Shown: positions 22,830 to 36,700, counted from the first letter of the whole stretch. The stretch: 62,659 nt of DNA, filler included, from Choristocarpus tenellus KU-1152 (GCA_964200185.2; 10 parts of 10 records of this genome joined end to end with filler, not necessarily neighbours in it); one strand, 5' to 3'. The notes: generated by a model not told the origin, from the letters alone. Numbers and translations: made by a program.

Positions 22830-24420
22830 TGATTGTGGCTAGGGATTCCAGTTCTGAGGGCTTGGGCTGGTAGCCATGGGGTGGTACAGCAAAGATCTTT
22901 TCATATTCGAGACTATGTTTACCTCGTATAGATCTGCCTTAAGCTGCTCAAATGCGATCTGCAGTTTATCTCCCTTGCAGAAATGGATGTGTCGTCCAGA
23001 AACCTTTGGCAGGAGACCCTTGTGGACCATAGGTAGACTGGACCTGCTGTAGAGCATTTGTGGTTGCCATGGATCCCCTTGTTGTGCCCTTGATCTTGAT
23101 GGTCTTCTATCTTCATCCCTCCCTTCATCCAGGGTGGAAAGAAGATCACTGGTGATGCCCCCATACACCTTGGACAAGTAGGGCAGGAGTCCTGGTAGGG
23201 TCTCAAGGAGAACCTCAATAAATGCCTAGTGGGGGACGCTGTTGAAGGCATTTATTCCATCTAGGCAAATGTCCAGGAGGACACTCTCAACCCCATTTGG
23301 AACCCCTACGCCAAAGTGCCCCATCCATCCGAATTGTTCCTGGACGTAGGGGCACCTGTCTCTACAGAACGCTGAAGCACATGCCCTTCTAAGGAGAGAA
23401 CCCAGGCCACTGGGTGGCACTTCTCTCCAGTTGTGGCCGGAACGTGGTGTGGAACTTCCACATCTCAAGAGGTAAAGAGCCTGGGGAGGTGTAGGTCAGC
23501 TCCCATAGCTTAGCAAACGCCTCTACCACTTCTTCATGACCAATATTTGTCATGATGGCTGATCTAATATGACTTTGGCGCATTCCGTCAGGGCCTGGTA
23601 CAGAGCTGCTGTTTGCTCTCATGAAGGCCGTCAGGAGGGAGGTTGGGATATACCCCCCCCATGGGAGCAGTGCCGTTGTACCGGGCCCTGTATCCGTTGC
23701 TACCCTCTCCTTCGATTCCATTATCACTCGCCTAAGCTCATATGGGTTCTCATTCGGGTGCTTGGGAACCAGCACCCTGAAAGTCTCTTCTGTCCATGGT
23801 TCTCTGAACTGTAGTAGAACAATACTCCCCCCTTGGAGACATCTCTATGGTAGTGGCTACAGAAAGTTCAACCACAGGAACTGATCTATGATAGTTTGAA
23901 AGGACTCCACCCCCATGTTGGGACCAAAATCAGGAAAAGTGCACTTACAATATCCATCCGACGTATGCAACCAAATCACCCAGAAATCGCGACACGAAGA
24001 AATTGACCCCAAATGGACACCCTAGTGTAGACCCCCCCCCCCCCCCCCCCCCCCCTCTGGCCCGCCGGTGCCCCTCGGGTGTGCTCGGAAGGGAACGCCC
24101 GGAGACCCCACACCCCCCCAACACCCNNNNNNNNNNGGGTAGCCCCCCCCCCCCCCCCCCAGATACTTTGGGCCTGCTGGTCCTCTTGGACTGTTCTAAT
24201 AGCAATGCGATCAACTCCTGGATGTTCCCCGACACTAAGAAGGTGAACCGTTCCTCCCTGGAGAACTTTTCATCATTGGTCAAGTAAAAGACCAAATATC
24301 AGGTGGAGGAACTTCGATGCACTGAGAGCTGCATGCACAAGGAGATCCACTGTGTGCATTAGGGCAATCACGTGTGCTTTGTAGAGCCCAGTAGGGATCT
24401 CCATAACCGTGGTGATATAT
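22830..24420 (-). mobile_element. Decayed CRE-like non-LTR retrotransposon, RT region
   Basis: SSVPGPDGMR, FGVGVPNGVE, LDGINAFNSV, QQGDP, FLDD; homologous to 840-1130. Confidence 0.85.
23919..24174. mobile_element. MITE family B, rearranged copy (inverted interior)
   Basis: Reverse-orientation interior joined at AAATGGACA to the forward-orientation end CCCTAGTGTAGA-polyC; contains a 10-N gap. Confidence 0.7.
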
Positions 24421-24662
24421 ATTCACCCCAGGACCTACATCTGGACCTGGTCAAGGGTGGAAGCAACACTTGGGGTATGAATCCCCCATGGTAGGCATGA
24501 AGGTAGGGGTAGGGAAGCGGGGATGGGACAGAAGGAGTGGGGGGAAATGATGGGCAGCAGTTNNNNNNNNNNNNNNNNNNNNNNNNNNNNNNNNNNNNNN
24601 NNNNNNTTAATTAATTAANNNNNNNNNNNNNNNNNNNNNNNNNNNNNNNNNNNNNNNNNNNN

Positions 24663-24737
24663 CACTTTCCGCGCACCATTTTGGGTCAAATCCATCCTCC
24701 ATAGTATGCTCCATCCTCAATTTTGGTGAGAGGCTGT
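24663..24737 (+). mobile_element. MITE family D, partial
   Basis: TTTTGGGTCAAATCCATCCTC...GGCTGT|TA. Confidence 0.6.
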
Positions 24738-25415
24738 TAAGTAGACAACGAATGTTGTCTTGTGACGGAATGACATTTCTATGAAATAGTAGTAATCAAA
24801 ACGTGGTAATGGATACTGGATGGTGGATGGATGACTGAATATGGTCGAACATTTTAGGGAACCACTGCTTAGATATCGTCATGCTCTAGGTGTTTGGAGA
24901 TGAAAAGAGGAGATTGGTGCATCTTACGTTTAAATAATTATGAGTACAGAAAAATGGTTGTGTTGTAGTCGTAAGGTCGGTGATCATGATGGATGGATAG
25001 CTTTGACTGGAGAAGTTGTTTAAGACTTGTACCTGTCCTGCTTATAGCTTTATGCTATGTGTGCAGTTAGGGTCGGTCTTGAAAAGGTTCATTTTTCGTG
25101 AGTTAGGTATCTGTCACGACATAATAGAGGTGAAAATTTTCAAAATCTTAACTGGTCTCGAAAGTGGGAAGTATGTGGGAGGTACATAATAAAAACTGTC
25201 TTGGTATCAAGTGTGACAAGAAAAAAACGTACAATTGGCCTCTCTCTATCCCACATTATCGCATTATTTTCCATACACAGAATAATTGCTCTTGTATCAT
25301 TTTGGATGCCATCTCACTCAAAGGACGAGTTGAGTAATAAGGAACAAGAAAATTTAGGATGAAAAAATGGACTAAGGTTGACCGATGAGTGGTCCCCATT
25401 TCACTAAGACTGTGA

Positions 25416-25559
25416 TAAGTTATTTTGGTGTTCCAGTTGTCACTAGTGCTTTGTCCCTCATCAATACCCAACAAACACATCCCTCTTTAAGTTATTTTGG
25501 TGTTCCAATTGTCACTAGTGCTTTGTCCCTCATCAATACCCAACAAACACATCCCTCTT
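25416..25559. repeat. Near-perfect tandem duplication, 72 bp x2
   Basis: TAAGTTATTTTGGTGTTCCA.TTGTCACTAGTG... at 25416 and 25488. Confidence 0.95.
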
Positions 25560-25608
25560 ACCATGGATTACAACTGTTCAGTGTGCAGCGCAACCATTGT
25601 TGTTAGAT

Positions 25609-25793
25609 GGCTCAAAGTATCTGGGGGGGGGGGGGGTGGCAACGGTCCGTTTCGGATCAATTTTTTCGTGTCAAGATTTTTGGATGATTTCGTTGTGTAT
25701 GTCGGATGGTTACTATAAGTCCACTTTTCCTGGTTATGGACCCAATGGACACCCTGGTGTAGAGCCCGCCCCGCCCCCCAGTTACTTTGGGTC
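25609..25793 (+). mobile_element. MITE family B, full length
   Basis: GGCTCAAAGTATCT-polyG...CAGTTACTTTGGGTC, flanked by AGAT/AGAT. Confidence 0.9.
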
Positions 25794-26385
25794 AGATACT
25801 CAGGAATACTATTACTTTCAGTACATTGGTGCTGTATAGGAGTGTGTATATACACGCAGGTATATAGCCCAGTGTAGGTTATGTAATAATTAGAATACCA
25901 TACATCTATACCTCGTCAGTGGAATGGCAAGTTCCTCCTATAGACCTGATAAAGGAGTTGAAGCAGTTTTACTTTTTTGCGCAACTTGTTTGTCGTTGTG
26001 TCAAGAGTTCTGTATGAATCATCGTGTAAGTATAAATTCAAGCAATGTCTTGAAGGTGAGTGATTGGCGCCTTATCACTACATCTTGAATCAATGACTGT
26101 GCGCACATATTGAAAAAATAACTGAATTCCTGCGAATGGTGAAAATATAAACAAAGTGCAGTGAAAGACCATGACCTTACACCTGACTGGGTAGCTGTGA
26201 TGAGATCAGACTGTGCGCAGGCCTGGTAAGAATGCTTTCGAACAGGACTGGACCAAGGCCTTCAGGATTTTACAGGCGGTGGGTTGGGGCTGACTTGGTG
26301 GAAGTATCAATAAAATAAGGTCAGACCAGGGCCTAGACATGATTGAGCTGTTGTGGGTCTTCTCGATGACCTTGTAATTTCAAGG

Positions 26386-26644
26386 GAGTGAAAGTATCGT
26401 AGAGGGTACGAGTTTTGCCCTGTTTGTCCATTTGGGGCTTGATTTCCTTCGGGGTTTTTATGACATTTTCCCACTCCGAAATGATTTCGGAGTAGGTAGA
26501 ATATATACGTTATGAAAAGGTGTGTCCGGAACAAGGATATTGACACTTCCTAACATACACGATAGCCAAAATTACATCGAAATCGCAACATTGGATTTTG
26601 ACCCCTAAATGGACGTGGCTCTACCCTCTAAGATAATTTGGCTC
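26386..26644 (+). mobile_element. MITE family A, full length
   Basis: TIRs with perfect TSD AGG/AGG. Confidence 0.92.
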
Positions 26645-27306
26645 AGGGTCGGACTGTGTCTCATCTAGGGTTTTCCCAGTTTTCAGGTTGGTTGGACAGG
26701 TCACCTTTTTGGGATGTCCCGACACTGATGAGGATAATACGCTTGGTCATACGCATTGACGCGCGTTAACGTTTGCACTTTAGCCACCAGACCAAATAAT
26801 GTGGTGTGGGTCAGACGCACGACCAGCTCGCGGTAACTCCGACATGAATGGTGTAAATTCTGAAGCTGTCAACATACACCCAGCATGCCTCAGTCTCATC
26901 TTACACTTCCTTGCTGATCCTCATCTCTGGTGGTTTCTCATCACCCCCCATCACACAAGAACCAGGCCCCTTAACAATTGCATGATTTGTTGTGTCCAAA
27001 TCACCCACACACGTGAAAAAATTGAAAATATTATCATAGAATGCAAAGACCTACCACTCAACACAATATACTTTGAATTACAAAAAAACTACACTGTATA
27101 TATATGCATATATGATGAAAGATGTGTCCCATCTTCAATTATGTTCTCCTTGACATATTTTGGAGAATGTGAGGTTTGCATATTATAAGTAATATTATTC
27201 GACAAAAGTTTCTTGTGTATGAGATCGCGTCTCAGTTCTTGGCCAATTAAATCATTCCTAACAAAAAAGGAACTATTTGCCAGGTCACACTCTCTTGTGG
27301 TAGGTG

Positions 27307-27830
27307 TTGAAACCTGATTTCATATGAGTTATGTGTTGTTGTGATGTGTCTGGTTCCTGATGAAGGAGATCATAACGCAACAAAGCACTGATGAATTTGT
27401 TCTCGTAGGACTGATGACATGTTGTATTCAGTTAGACAGTGTTTGGTGCGAAGGTGTGTTTGGTTGTGCTGTGGTTAACACGGTTAAAGGCAAGTGTGTG
27501 TCATAGTGAAATAAGACACCTGCAGGTTCGGATTGGTGTGTCTGAAGGGACGTCTTACTCAATCAGACTTGAAACCTGATTTCATATGAGTTATGTGTTG
27601 TTGTGATGTGTCTGGTTCCTGATGAAGGAGATCATAGCGCAACAAAGCACTGATGAATTTGTTCTCGTAGGACTGGTGACATGTTGTATTCAGTTAGACA
27701 GTGTTTGGTGCGAAGGTGTGTTTGGTTGTGCTGTGGTTAACACGGTTAAAGGCAAGTGTGTGTCATAGTGAAACAAGACACCTGCAGGTTCGGATTGGTG
27801 TGTCTGAAGGGACGCCTTACTCAATCAGAC
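27307..27830. repeat. Near-perfect tandem duplication, 262 bp x2
   Basis: TTGAAACCTGATTTCATATGAG at 27307 and 27569, with only a few transitions between copies. Confidence 0.95.
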
Positions 27831-28640
27831 TTTGGTTGGAGTGAAATGGGTACTGGTATGTCTGTGGCATGTTTTACTCAANNNNNNNNNNNNNNNNNNN
27901 NNNNNNNNNNNNNNNNNNNNNNNNNTTAATTAATTAANNNNNNNNNNNNNNNNNNNNNNNNNNNNNNNNNNNNNNNNNNNNATTCCAGCCCTCCCAGTCC
28001 ACCGCCAAGAGGAGATACGAAAGAACAAACGCTCTGGGTGTCCAGCACCTCATTGCTAGCATCTTTGTTTTGATCCACAAGCTGCAGTTCCAGGTGTCAG
28101 ACAAGTTACCTTCGAGCCGTCTAGCCTAGTCAAATATAGATGGGTCAAAGCATGCACAGGGTCTTATGGGGTGAATGTTGAATGAGGCAAAAATGCTAGT
28201 TATTCATGGTGTCTGGGGTGTAAATAGACAAGACACTTTGAAAGCTCTCACCGCATCGTGGTCTGCCTGCTTCAACATTTCAAGACCCTCAAGGTGAGCC
28301 ATTCTCCCGAGAAGCACCAAGTACATATCAATTGAACCATCAAAGTCATCCAATAGTAGCACGATTGTCTGGTGTTGGGCGTCCAACCCACCTTGCCCTT
28401 CGGCAAGATTGTAAAGGAAAGAGAGTGCATTCTCAACACTGACACTGTATTGTTCCTTGATTAGTTATGGTGAAGGAGAGGAAAGGGCGGAATGTCACTG
28501 GTTGTTGATTCGACTAATTGTAATGCCTTTCTGATCATAGGTCTGCGGACACTGCATGATATATTTTCTCAACGAGATCACCTGCCAAACATTTTCGGAC
28601 AACCCTTGGCAAAAGCTAATGATATGAAGGGACGTTCAGG

Positions 28641-28898
28641 GAGTCAAAGTATATTAGAGGGTACAGCCACGTCCAAATGGGGGTCAAAACCCAATGTTGC
28701 GATTTTGATGTAATTTTGGCTATTGTGTTTGTTAGCAGTTGCTAATATCCTCGCTCCGGACACACCTTTTCATAAGGTATACATTTTACCTACTTCAAAA
28801 CATTTCGGAGTAGGAGATTGTCACAAGAAGCCCCTGGGAAGTCAAGCCTCAAATGGACAAACAGGGTAAAACTGGTACCTTCTAAGATACTTTCACTC
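28641..28898 (-). mobile_element. MITE family A, reverse orientation
   Basis: GAGTCAAAGTATATTAGAGGGTA...TCTAAGATACTTTCACTC; flanks AGG/ATT do not match. Confidence 0.9.
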
Positions 28899-30049
28899 AT
28901 TTGTTTAGGTTGACCATCTAATTCGGCGCAGGCAGACACAGCCACCTCCCTGGCACACAGCCCACCCCTTCTACTCAGGCACATATACTGGTCCCCCTTG
29001 TACCATTCCTTCTGGAGCAATGCGACTGCAAGTTGGTGGAGTTCCTTCTCCTCTTTTCCCCTAGGCACAGAGACTACACAGTCACCCCCCTGTGTTTTTC
29101 TTCCTGGAGTTGCCCGAGCACTGTGGTCATTTAGAGGAGGATATTCTCCTTCCCCTCTTTTCCCCCCAGCATAGCCCCCACAGGCTATACCAGGCATCTG
29201 ACTCTTGCGCCCTCTCACCTCCAGGCATCGTGCCAGCATACTGTTCTTCATTGGGGCGTCTGAGTCTGGACCCTGGAGAGACTTCTGGACCGAAGAATTG
29301 GGACTGACAGCAGACGACAGCATGAGTGTGACCTGCTTAAATGACGGGGCCCCTTCATCCTATGCATCCCCAATAAACACCCATGTTGACATTTTTGCAA
29401 GGTTTTTGAACCCCGTGAAATGCAACTTGGTCGACTGTGCACTGGCGATCCTCTACAGTCATGACAGCCCACCATCTCAAACTTTGCACGCCTCCCAATT
29501 CATATGGAACACTGAGCCTTGTCTAGAGAGTTTGTCACATTGGTCATCCCCAGGTGAGAACAGAGCTCGCAAAGTTATGTTGCACTTAATTCCGAGTGGA
29601 GGAAGTACTTAATAGTAGTATAGGGTACATGACAGAAGTAGAATGAACAATAAATAGGGAGGTATGGTCATGATGTGGCCTCCCCAAGTGTCAAAAATCA
29701 TTTCCTGGTTGGCCATAGATAAAACGTTTCAACATGGTCGAGTCCATGCCCGTCACTACTCAACATGGCCCATGTACAACCACAATCAGATATGACCAAG
29801 TCCATGATCATCAACCATTTCGACATGGTTGAGCTGTGGGCTGACGACAGTGGACATGCAAACTGCTTTGTCGGGTGAAAAACCATGGATTTAATAGGTC
29901 TCAAATTTTCTTTTTATTCACATTGATTTGAGAGATCTTAAATCAGTAGTTGGAAGATAATCGGAGGAAGGAATACTCAATAATGAATGCTTCAAAGAAC
30001 ACAAAAAAATGAGAAAGTTTTCTATTTACTATTTTGCTACCATCTATGC

Positions 30050-30440
30050 TACACCACTCCCCTTCTATGCCTCCAACCTAGCTTAGCCCTACACCTCAGG
30101 GCGAGGAGCTAGGGAAGCATCACAAGAATTTGAAAGCCCCCTCCTTGCCCATCTCTCTGGTGTCTCCAGCTTAAAACGCATGACACGTCTTGATAGAGCT
30201 ACTTGTGTTGTGACGGACACTATCTGTCGTAAACCGGATTTGACAGCTCCTTTCCTACTTTAGCCTCCCCCCCCTCTCCCTCCTATTGCGTGCGTAGTCA
30301 ACTCATCCAGAAAACTTTCTGCTTGCTTATCGAGGCGTCCAAAAATCTTCACCCCAAAGAAGGTGTTGAGGTTAAAACTACGAGGGTCAAAAGAACCCTA
30401 GAAATGGGTGCGCTTTCTCGCCTCAGGTGCAGGCACCACG
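30050..30440 (-). mobile_element. 3' end of a CRE-like non-LTR element
   Basis: Minus strand KQAESFLDELTTH...RQIVSVTTQVALSRRVMRFKL; homologous to 52870-53030 and 50690-50860. Confidence 0.75.
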
Positions 30441-30739
30441 TATATATCGCTGCACATACCTGACATACGTACATGCTCTTTATGATTTCGAACCAAAATG
30501 TCTGCAAAAGGTTTGGAAGTGTACAATGTATATACACGTATTGGAGTATAACTTAACCTTTCACATGTATGTATGTGTACATTCTTCATACACTACTAAT
30601 AGAAGTAGTAGACATGATCCGGACATACATGATGGCACCACGGTCCAGACATGAAAGAAAAAAAGTTAGACTGGCTGACGGGCAGACACAAATCTGTACA
30701 ATTTCCTAGTAGACAAGGTGTAGACATGTTAGAGAGTGA

Positions 30740-30853
30740 ACAGCAGATTTCAAAAATTGAGGATCGAGCTTTTCATTGAGGATGGGCTTGACCCAAAATT
30801 GACTGGGATAAAGTGTCGATATATATTTTTTTGTATTGTGACTCGACGCCTGT
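30740..30853 (-). mobile_element. MITE family D, reverse orientation
   Basis: Reverse complement of 9911-10026. Confidence 0.75.
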
Positions 30854-32410
30854 TAGTGGTACATTGTGGTCTGGTGAAAAGGTCTAATTTTATATGTACA
30901 TAATGAATATGGTATTTTGATAGAAGTCAGTTCAGTGTACCTGTTTCAGTTTTCCTGTCCTAAAAAAGGTTGCGTCAAACCACTTTTGATTATACATTGA
31001 TGAACACGCCTTGACCGACTGCACCGTTTTGCAAGGTCAATCCAAACAGTGTCATTCTAGGCTACGACTCTCTGCCCTGCAGTCTATCATCGGAAGGGTG
31101 GTGGGGTGGCGCGATAAATAGAGAGTTTGAGGGGGATCAGGGATCCAGGAAACGTGGCAACAAACTGGTCTCATGGCAAATCTTGCCTCGGTGAAGGAGG
31201 AAATTGCCGACGTGGTTCGCTTACCTGTAGAACCCCAGGGAAACAACTTGCAACACAGTGAAGATGACCTCCGTGGAAGGTACGCTTTGATTCCCGTGAA
31301 TAAGTGGAAACATGGAGCACAGACGTTGTGGAGTCTGTCCCCTTCTGTCTCGACACAGACACACCTGGTTGATGTTGGGCAGTTTATTTGATGTGGTGAG
31401 GCTTGAAAAAAACTAAGTCGATAGAATGGAGGTCCCTGATTGCTCAGGCATGACCCCGGCTGGCTTTGCAAACTTTCACGATCATGGATTAAAGACACTT
31501 CAAAAATTACCCTGTTGATTTCATGAATCTGAGTTCCCCTACCATTTCAATCGAGCTCGACTAGATTGCCTGTAAAGAACATACATTGGGTGGAATAAAG
31601 AGGATTCTCTATCTGAATTGCATGACTCTGGGGGGCATACGTACATCTATCTATATGCAGTGCACGTAAATGGGTACATTATCCCGCAGAACCATTGGAG
31701 TGATTCCACACCTTTGAGTTTATCCGCTAGTATGACTTGGAAGCTCGTGCTCTGGTGCTCACTGAAGGAAGGAATTTCAATCGCACACAATGATCCACTT
31801 GGCCCTCACTGGACTAGGCCAATAACCCCAGCACTCCACATTAGTTTGAAGAAGTCCTTGGTGCAGTTAACCTCATGAATAGTTTCAAAATTTCCATATC
31901 ATCGCAAACAATGCCAAGTCCAATCTGAAGTTAATCCGTGCCCGCACCATCATTCCTTGAAATCACTACCCTGCCCACAAACGTCAACCTTGAGACCACG
32001 ACAAGCTTACATCGATTGTCTCGTCAAATTGTACTTCTTTCCCACAACTTATTCCATTATTTTCCTGCGATGGGTCTGAGATTATTCCTGGAGAAGACTC
32101 AGCCAGGTTTAGTACAGGATCATTCGATTCCTTCCTCTTAGCTAAGGTCTTTTCTTTTGGCTGCCAACCAGACCACTTCCTAATCATCACATGCACCCAC
32201 AACTCACCACTTAAGAGTGACTTACAGTTTCCGCACAAAGGCATATGCCCTGCCCTGATCTCTCATGTGCATTATTGAGACCTACTCAGAGTTATTGCCT
32301 ATCTTGCCCAGGTCAGTTGAGGTTCCCCCCAACTGGCCTTGGTACTCACTTGGGAAACATTAACCTTCCACCTCCCTCTACCATGCTGTGCATTCCACAT
32401 GTTGGTGTAG

Positions 32411-32594
32411 GAGACCCCATGTTGCTGGATTTCTTTCCAAGGCATACGAGATATTTGACACACAAGAGTGGTCGCACATCTGTGGATGGGGCAGGGGTGG
32501 TCAGACGGTTGTCATCCGTGACCCCGTGGAGTTTGCTAAGCAGGTGCTCCCGCGCTACTTCAAACACTCCAACATGCAGAGCTTTGTGCGTCAG
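32411..32594 (+). CDS. Heat-shock-factor (HSF) DNA-binding domain exon, partial gene
   Basis: TAG|G...CAG|GTTAG exon encoding RPHVAGFLSKAYEIFD...ICGWGRGGQTVVIRDPVEFAKQVLPRYFKHSNMQSFVRQ. The expected following LNxYGF exon was not found before the gap. Confidence 0.92.
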
Positions 32595-33641
32595 GTTAGA
32601 AAAGAAGAAAACGGTTTTGTAGTTTTGAGGGTGTGTGTGTTTGTGTGTGTGTGCGCGCGTGTGCGGAAAGCTAGCGTAACCGGTTGATCGTTCACAGGTT
32701 GGGAAAATTGGCGAACTGTGACTGTCGATGTGCTCCTATTGAGTTGGGGTTCACGTTCTTTCCTGTTGACTTTGTTCGCCAAGGTCTCTTTATCTTAACT
32801 AATGTTCCTATGATTTATACTCTGTTTGAACTACTTTGGTCTCAACCATAAGGTCTTCATCTTAACAAGAACCCTTGATATGACCTTGTCTGTCAATGAC
32901 CTTGATGATATGATAGTGTAGAGTGACAACCACACCTTTGCTGTATGTAATGTTTTTTTTCTGGGCCTCCCTGCTCACTACCCCCCCCATATTCCTTGTG
33001 AGTTAGACTGGTGTTATTTTGTTGCTCTTAGGGAGAAGGTGTAGCATTTGGGATATTACACCTAACTGTAGCAGGGACTGACTCTCTAGCCTGGCTCTGT
33101 GAAGAGTACTTGAACACCCCACAATCCTCCCCTATGAAACAGTGTCAGTGGCACTGAAACATACACAATTTTAGTATCTTCTGTTCCTCTTTTTTATGTA
33201 TATAGTTTTATTTATTTTGTGATGTTATTATACTGTGATCTGGGCTGGTATTTCCTGTTTTATTAGAGGTTGACTCGGGACCAAGTTGAGCATGCCCAGT
33301 ATTGTAATAAGAAGATTTGTTCGGTGTGTATAGGAAGGACCCTAGGCAAATGCCTTGCAATATTCCAGGAGCTCCAATCCATACCTATTCGCCACTGAAG
33401 AGAAGTGGGCAGGCGTTGTGGAAGAGAGGAAGTATTTATTTGAACTCTTCTGTCAAGAAGTATCAGGCCCTGTCTCCGAGAGGTGCGGGTGGGGATGTTT
33501 GAATATTGCTTGCTATAGACATGCTTGGTCTTAACACGAGAGCTATCCCTTGCGTGTCAATGTAAATATCTTCAAATGCTGCGGAGTTATTTTTGAGACT
33601 TCCATGCCTTCATACTGATTGTGATCCGTGCCTCTGCCAGC

Positions 33642-33670
33642 GACCCAAAGTACCTGGGGGGGGGGGGGGG
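33642..33670 (+). mobile_element. MITE family B, left TIR (cut by gap)
   Basis: GACCCAAAGTACCT-polyG. Confidence 0.75.
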
Positions 33671-33770
33671 NNNNNNNNNNNNNNNNNNNNNNNNNNNNNN
33701 NNNNNNNNNNNNNNTTAATTAATTAANNNNNNNNNNNNNNNNNNNNNNNNNNNNNNNNNNNNNNNNNNNN

Positions 33771-36700
33771 CAGTGAAGGTAGCCGCCCCCCCCAAGGGCG
33801 CGGAAGGGGCATGATCGTGCCCGCCTGGATGACCAGTCAACAACCACCTGTGGGGGTTCCGGTAAGCTCATCTAATGCACTACATCAGGTATCGTAGTGG
33901 AGGTGGTACCCAAGGTGGTAGTTTGTTCTGTGTAGGGGGTCCAGTGTGATAAAAAGGTGGAGTTTGGAGGTTAGTTCAAATCGCCAACGCCTGTTTAGAA
34001 ACAAAGGTATGACACAACAAATATAAATATTATGGCTTCAAGTATCGTGTATTTATGGAGACACTTGAAGGATGCAGGATGAGCGTGGGATGACATGAAA
34101 GATTAGTATAGTAGTGTAACTATCTCATTAGTAATACCTTGAAAGGTGATGAAAAATATGTTTCTGCGCCCTGCCGGGACATGCTAAGTCGCATCCTTGA
34201 TTGATGCATGTGGAACCACCAAAGGTTTGTTTGTATTTACAATTTATGACACGGCAAACTTATCATTAAAAAGGCCGATCCTACTTAATATTTAGAAATT
34301 TTATGTAGTCTACCGGGCCGCTTACCTTCATTACCTAAAGCATGCCAGATTTGAAGAGCTGCTGATAGCGACTGATGCTGATACATGCTCTTTATCCCGT
34401 GTCCGACTCTTTTTGGAACTCATGCTTGTTGTACTCCAACTCAGCCTCAGCCAGGTCCTACATCAAACCAGGGCGGTTATGGTGGTACAGTCACAGAAAA
34501 CCACTCCCCAACACATCAGCAACATCAGTATCCTCCTTCCAATGGAAGGGGCTTCCCTGGTCCAGGTGCCAGCACACCCCAGGGTGGGCTGGGACATACA
34601 GATGGAGATAGAGGTATGGACCGGAGAGCTCCAGGTCCCAATGCTGGACCTGTACCTGTACCTGTACCTGGATCCGATAGTAGGGGTTCATTCAATCAGC
34701 AGTCGCCACCACCTAGTTTCAATGGTGGTCACCAAGGTGATCGTAGAGATGTTCCGCAGAACCATCCTGGCAGTTTTGGTCCTCCAAGTGGTGTAGGGGG
34801 AGCACCCCCAGGGAATGATGTGAGACACATGCAGCAACAGCCACCACGCCAGGAGCACTACCCTCCTCCCCACCAGCAAATGGGTCAAGGGCAGCAGCAA
34901 CAGCAGCAGCATGGAAATACCAACAGCAATCAGACCAGACAGCAACCGCAGGGCCCTGGTTCATATTCACAGCTTGGTGATGGTCAAAGGGGTCGACAGG
35001 TTTGTTGGCGGGGTGTAGAGGCATGTTGGATAGGATAGGACAAGTTAAAATTTTAGGTGAAGCGTCTAATTAGTCTCCCTTTAGTAGGATACACCATTGA
35101 CTAACTTTGCTCTGAAGTGATTGGATATTGGGTAGGTCAATGTTCCAACTATTTTTAAAATCTGGTTCAAGTGTGGTAGGTATTGATGTGGCAATTTGAA
35201 TTCCAACCCCCTGCATTGCACCCCCCACCCCGAAAAGGCAAAAGGCAAGGTGTGTTGGTGTGAACAAAATATAGCTAAAGTTGTTATCGTTCTTAATTGA
35301 ACCCTACCCCTCCTCAAAAGTGGGCAACAAGACGCCTCTACCATGAGCAGATGAATAGAAGTTGTTCATCCCTCTGATAGGAGTATCCCAAATCCTTTCA
35401 AGCAGTTGGACATTGTTTTATTGGGGGGGTTTTGGACCAGGGACATTGAACAAATGGTTCAGTCTAGTTATCAAGAGTCATACATTGTAAAACATTGTAA
35501 AAAATGAGTGTCAATGGACATCGACATTCGTGGTCTTGTTGGGAGGTGTGTTCTATTGTTCACTAACCCCTCGAGGCTATATTATTCCGTTAGACTCCTT
35601 GCAACTTGAGATGTGCTAACATGTATACATGCGCTATGATAGTTTGTGCTCCACTACAATGTGTTACTGGTAATATCAAGTGTTGACATATTCATTAGTC
35701 AATGGCATTTGGTTGCAATCACACCCTCTCTTCACACACACAACATACCCCTGCCCTACCATCATGTTCCAACCCCAAAGTGTTAGCATTTGTTTGCTAG
35801 CTGACCCTGACCCTGCACTACTTGCCTTCGTTGACTCTTGACCGAGCAGGACATGGGAGGGCAGACAGGCCAACCACCGCCCCAAGATCCATCTGCTCGA
35901 CAACCGCCTGCAGCTTATAGTAGTAACCCCCAGTCAGGGGCTCCTAGACCTGCTCCGCCTGTGTTGCCACAGTATCCTCCTCAGCAGCAAGGACGGGGCT
36001 ACCCTCCACAGAGTGGAGCACAGCCACAGGTGGGAAGTTTGTTCAATGTGCTTTCAAAGTTGTATGTCTTCATCTGGAGCTGTGTGAGTGCCTCCCCTCA
36101 CCTTCCCTCCTTCCATAACCTATCTAAAACTGATGTCCTTCTAAATTGCATTCTATACCAAGTCAATACCATTCATTGTTACTGCTAATTCAGTATGTTG
36201 ATATATTCTGGAGATTGCTGACTGTCATAGTGTATGAGTTTACATGTTCCCATACAATCAATCCAAAATGTTGCCTTGTCCTCATCTCATCTTCATATCA
36301 ATGTATCAAAATATCAGGTGAGGCAGCCTCCACAGCAACAACCGGATCAATATGGTCGTCAGTCCCAACAGGAACAGTATCGGCAGGGACAGGGTGCCCC
36401 AGTCCCACCCAGCTTGCCACAATTCCAGCCTCCTCCGCAGCAGCCACAGCGAGAACCCTATCCACCTCGGCCACCAACATCACAGCCATCGCAGTCTCAG
36501 CAATACCCTCCCCCAGCCCAACCACCCTCTCAGCAACCACAACCAACACAGCAGCCAGGTGCAGGAACTCCGTATGGTGGGACACAACCACCAGTCCGTA
36601 CCCAGTACCCTACTGTACCACCTGCTGCTACACCTAGTCAGGATCCATACGGCCGTGTTCCTGGCCAGGCACATCATCCCCAGCAGCAGCAGCTGCAGTC

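Noticed and set aside
27982-28620. Possible hAT transposase fragment on the minus strand (IHP...FDP)
   Set aside because: Similarity too weak to support without a search
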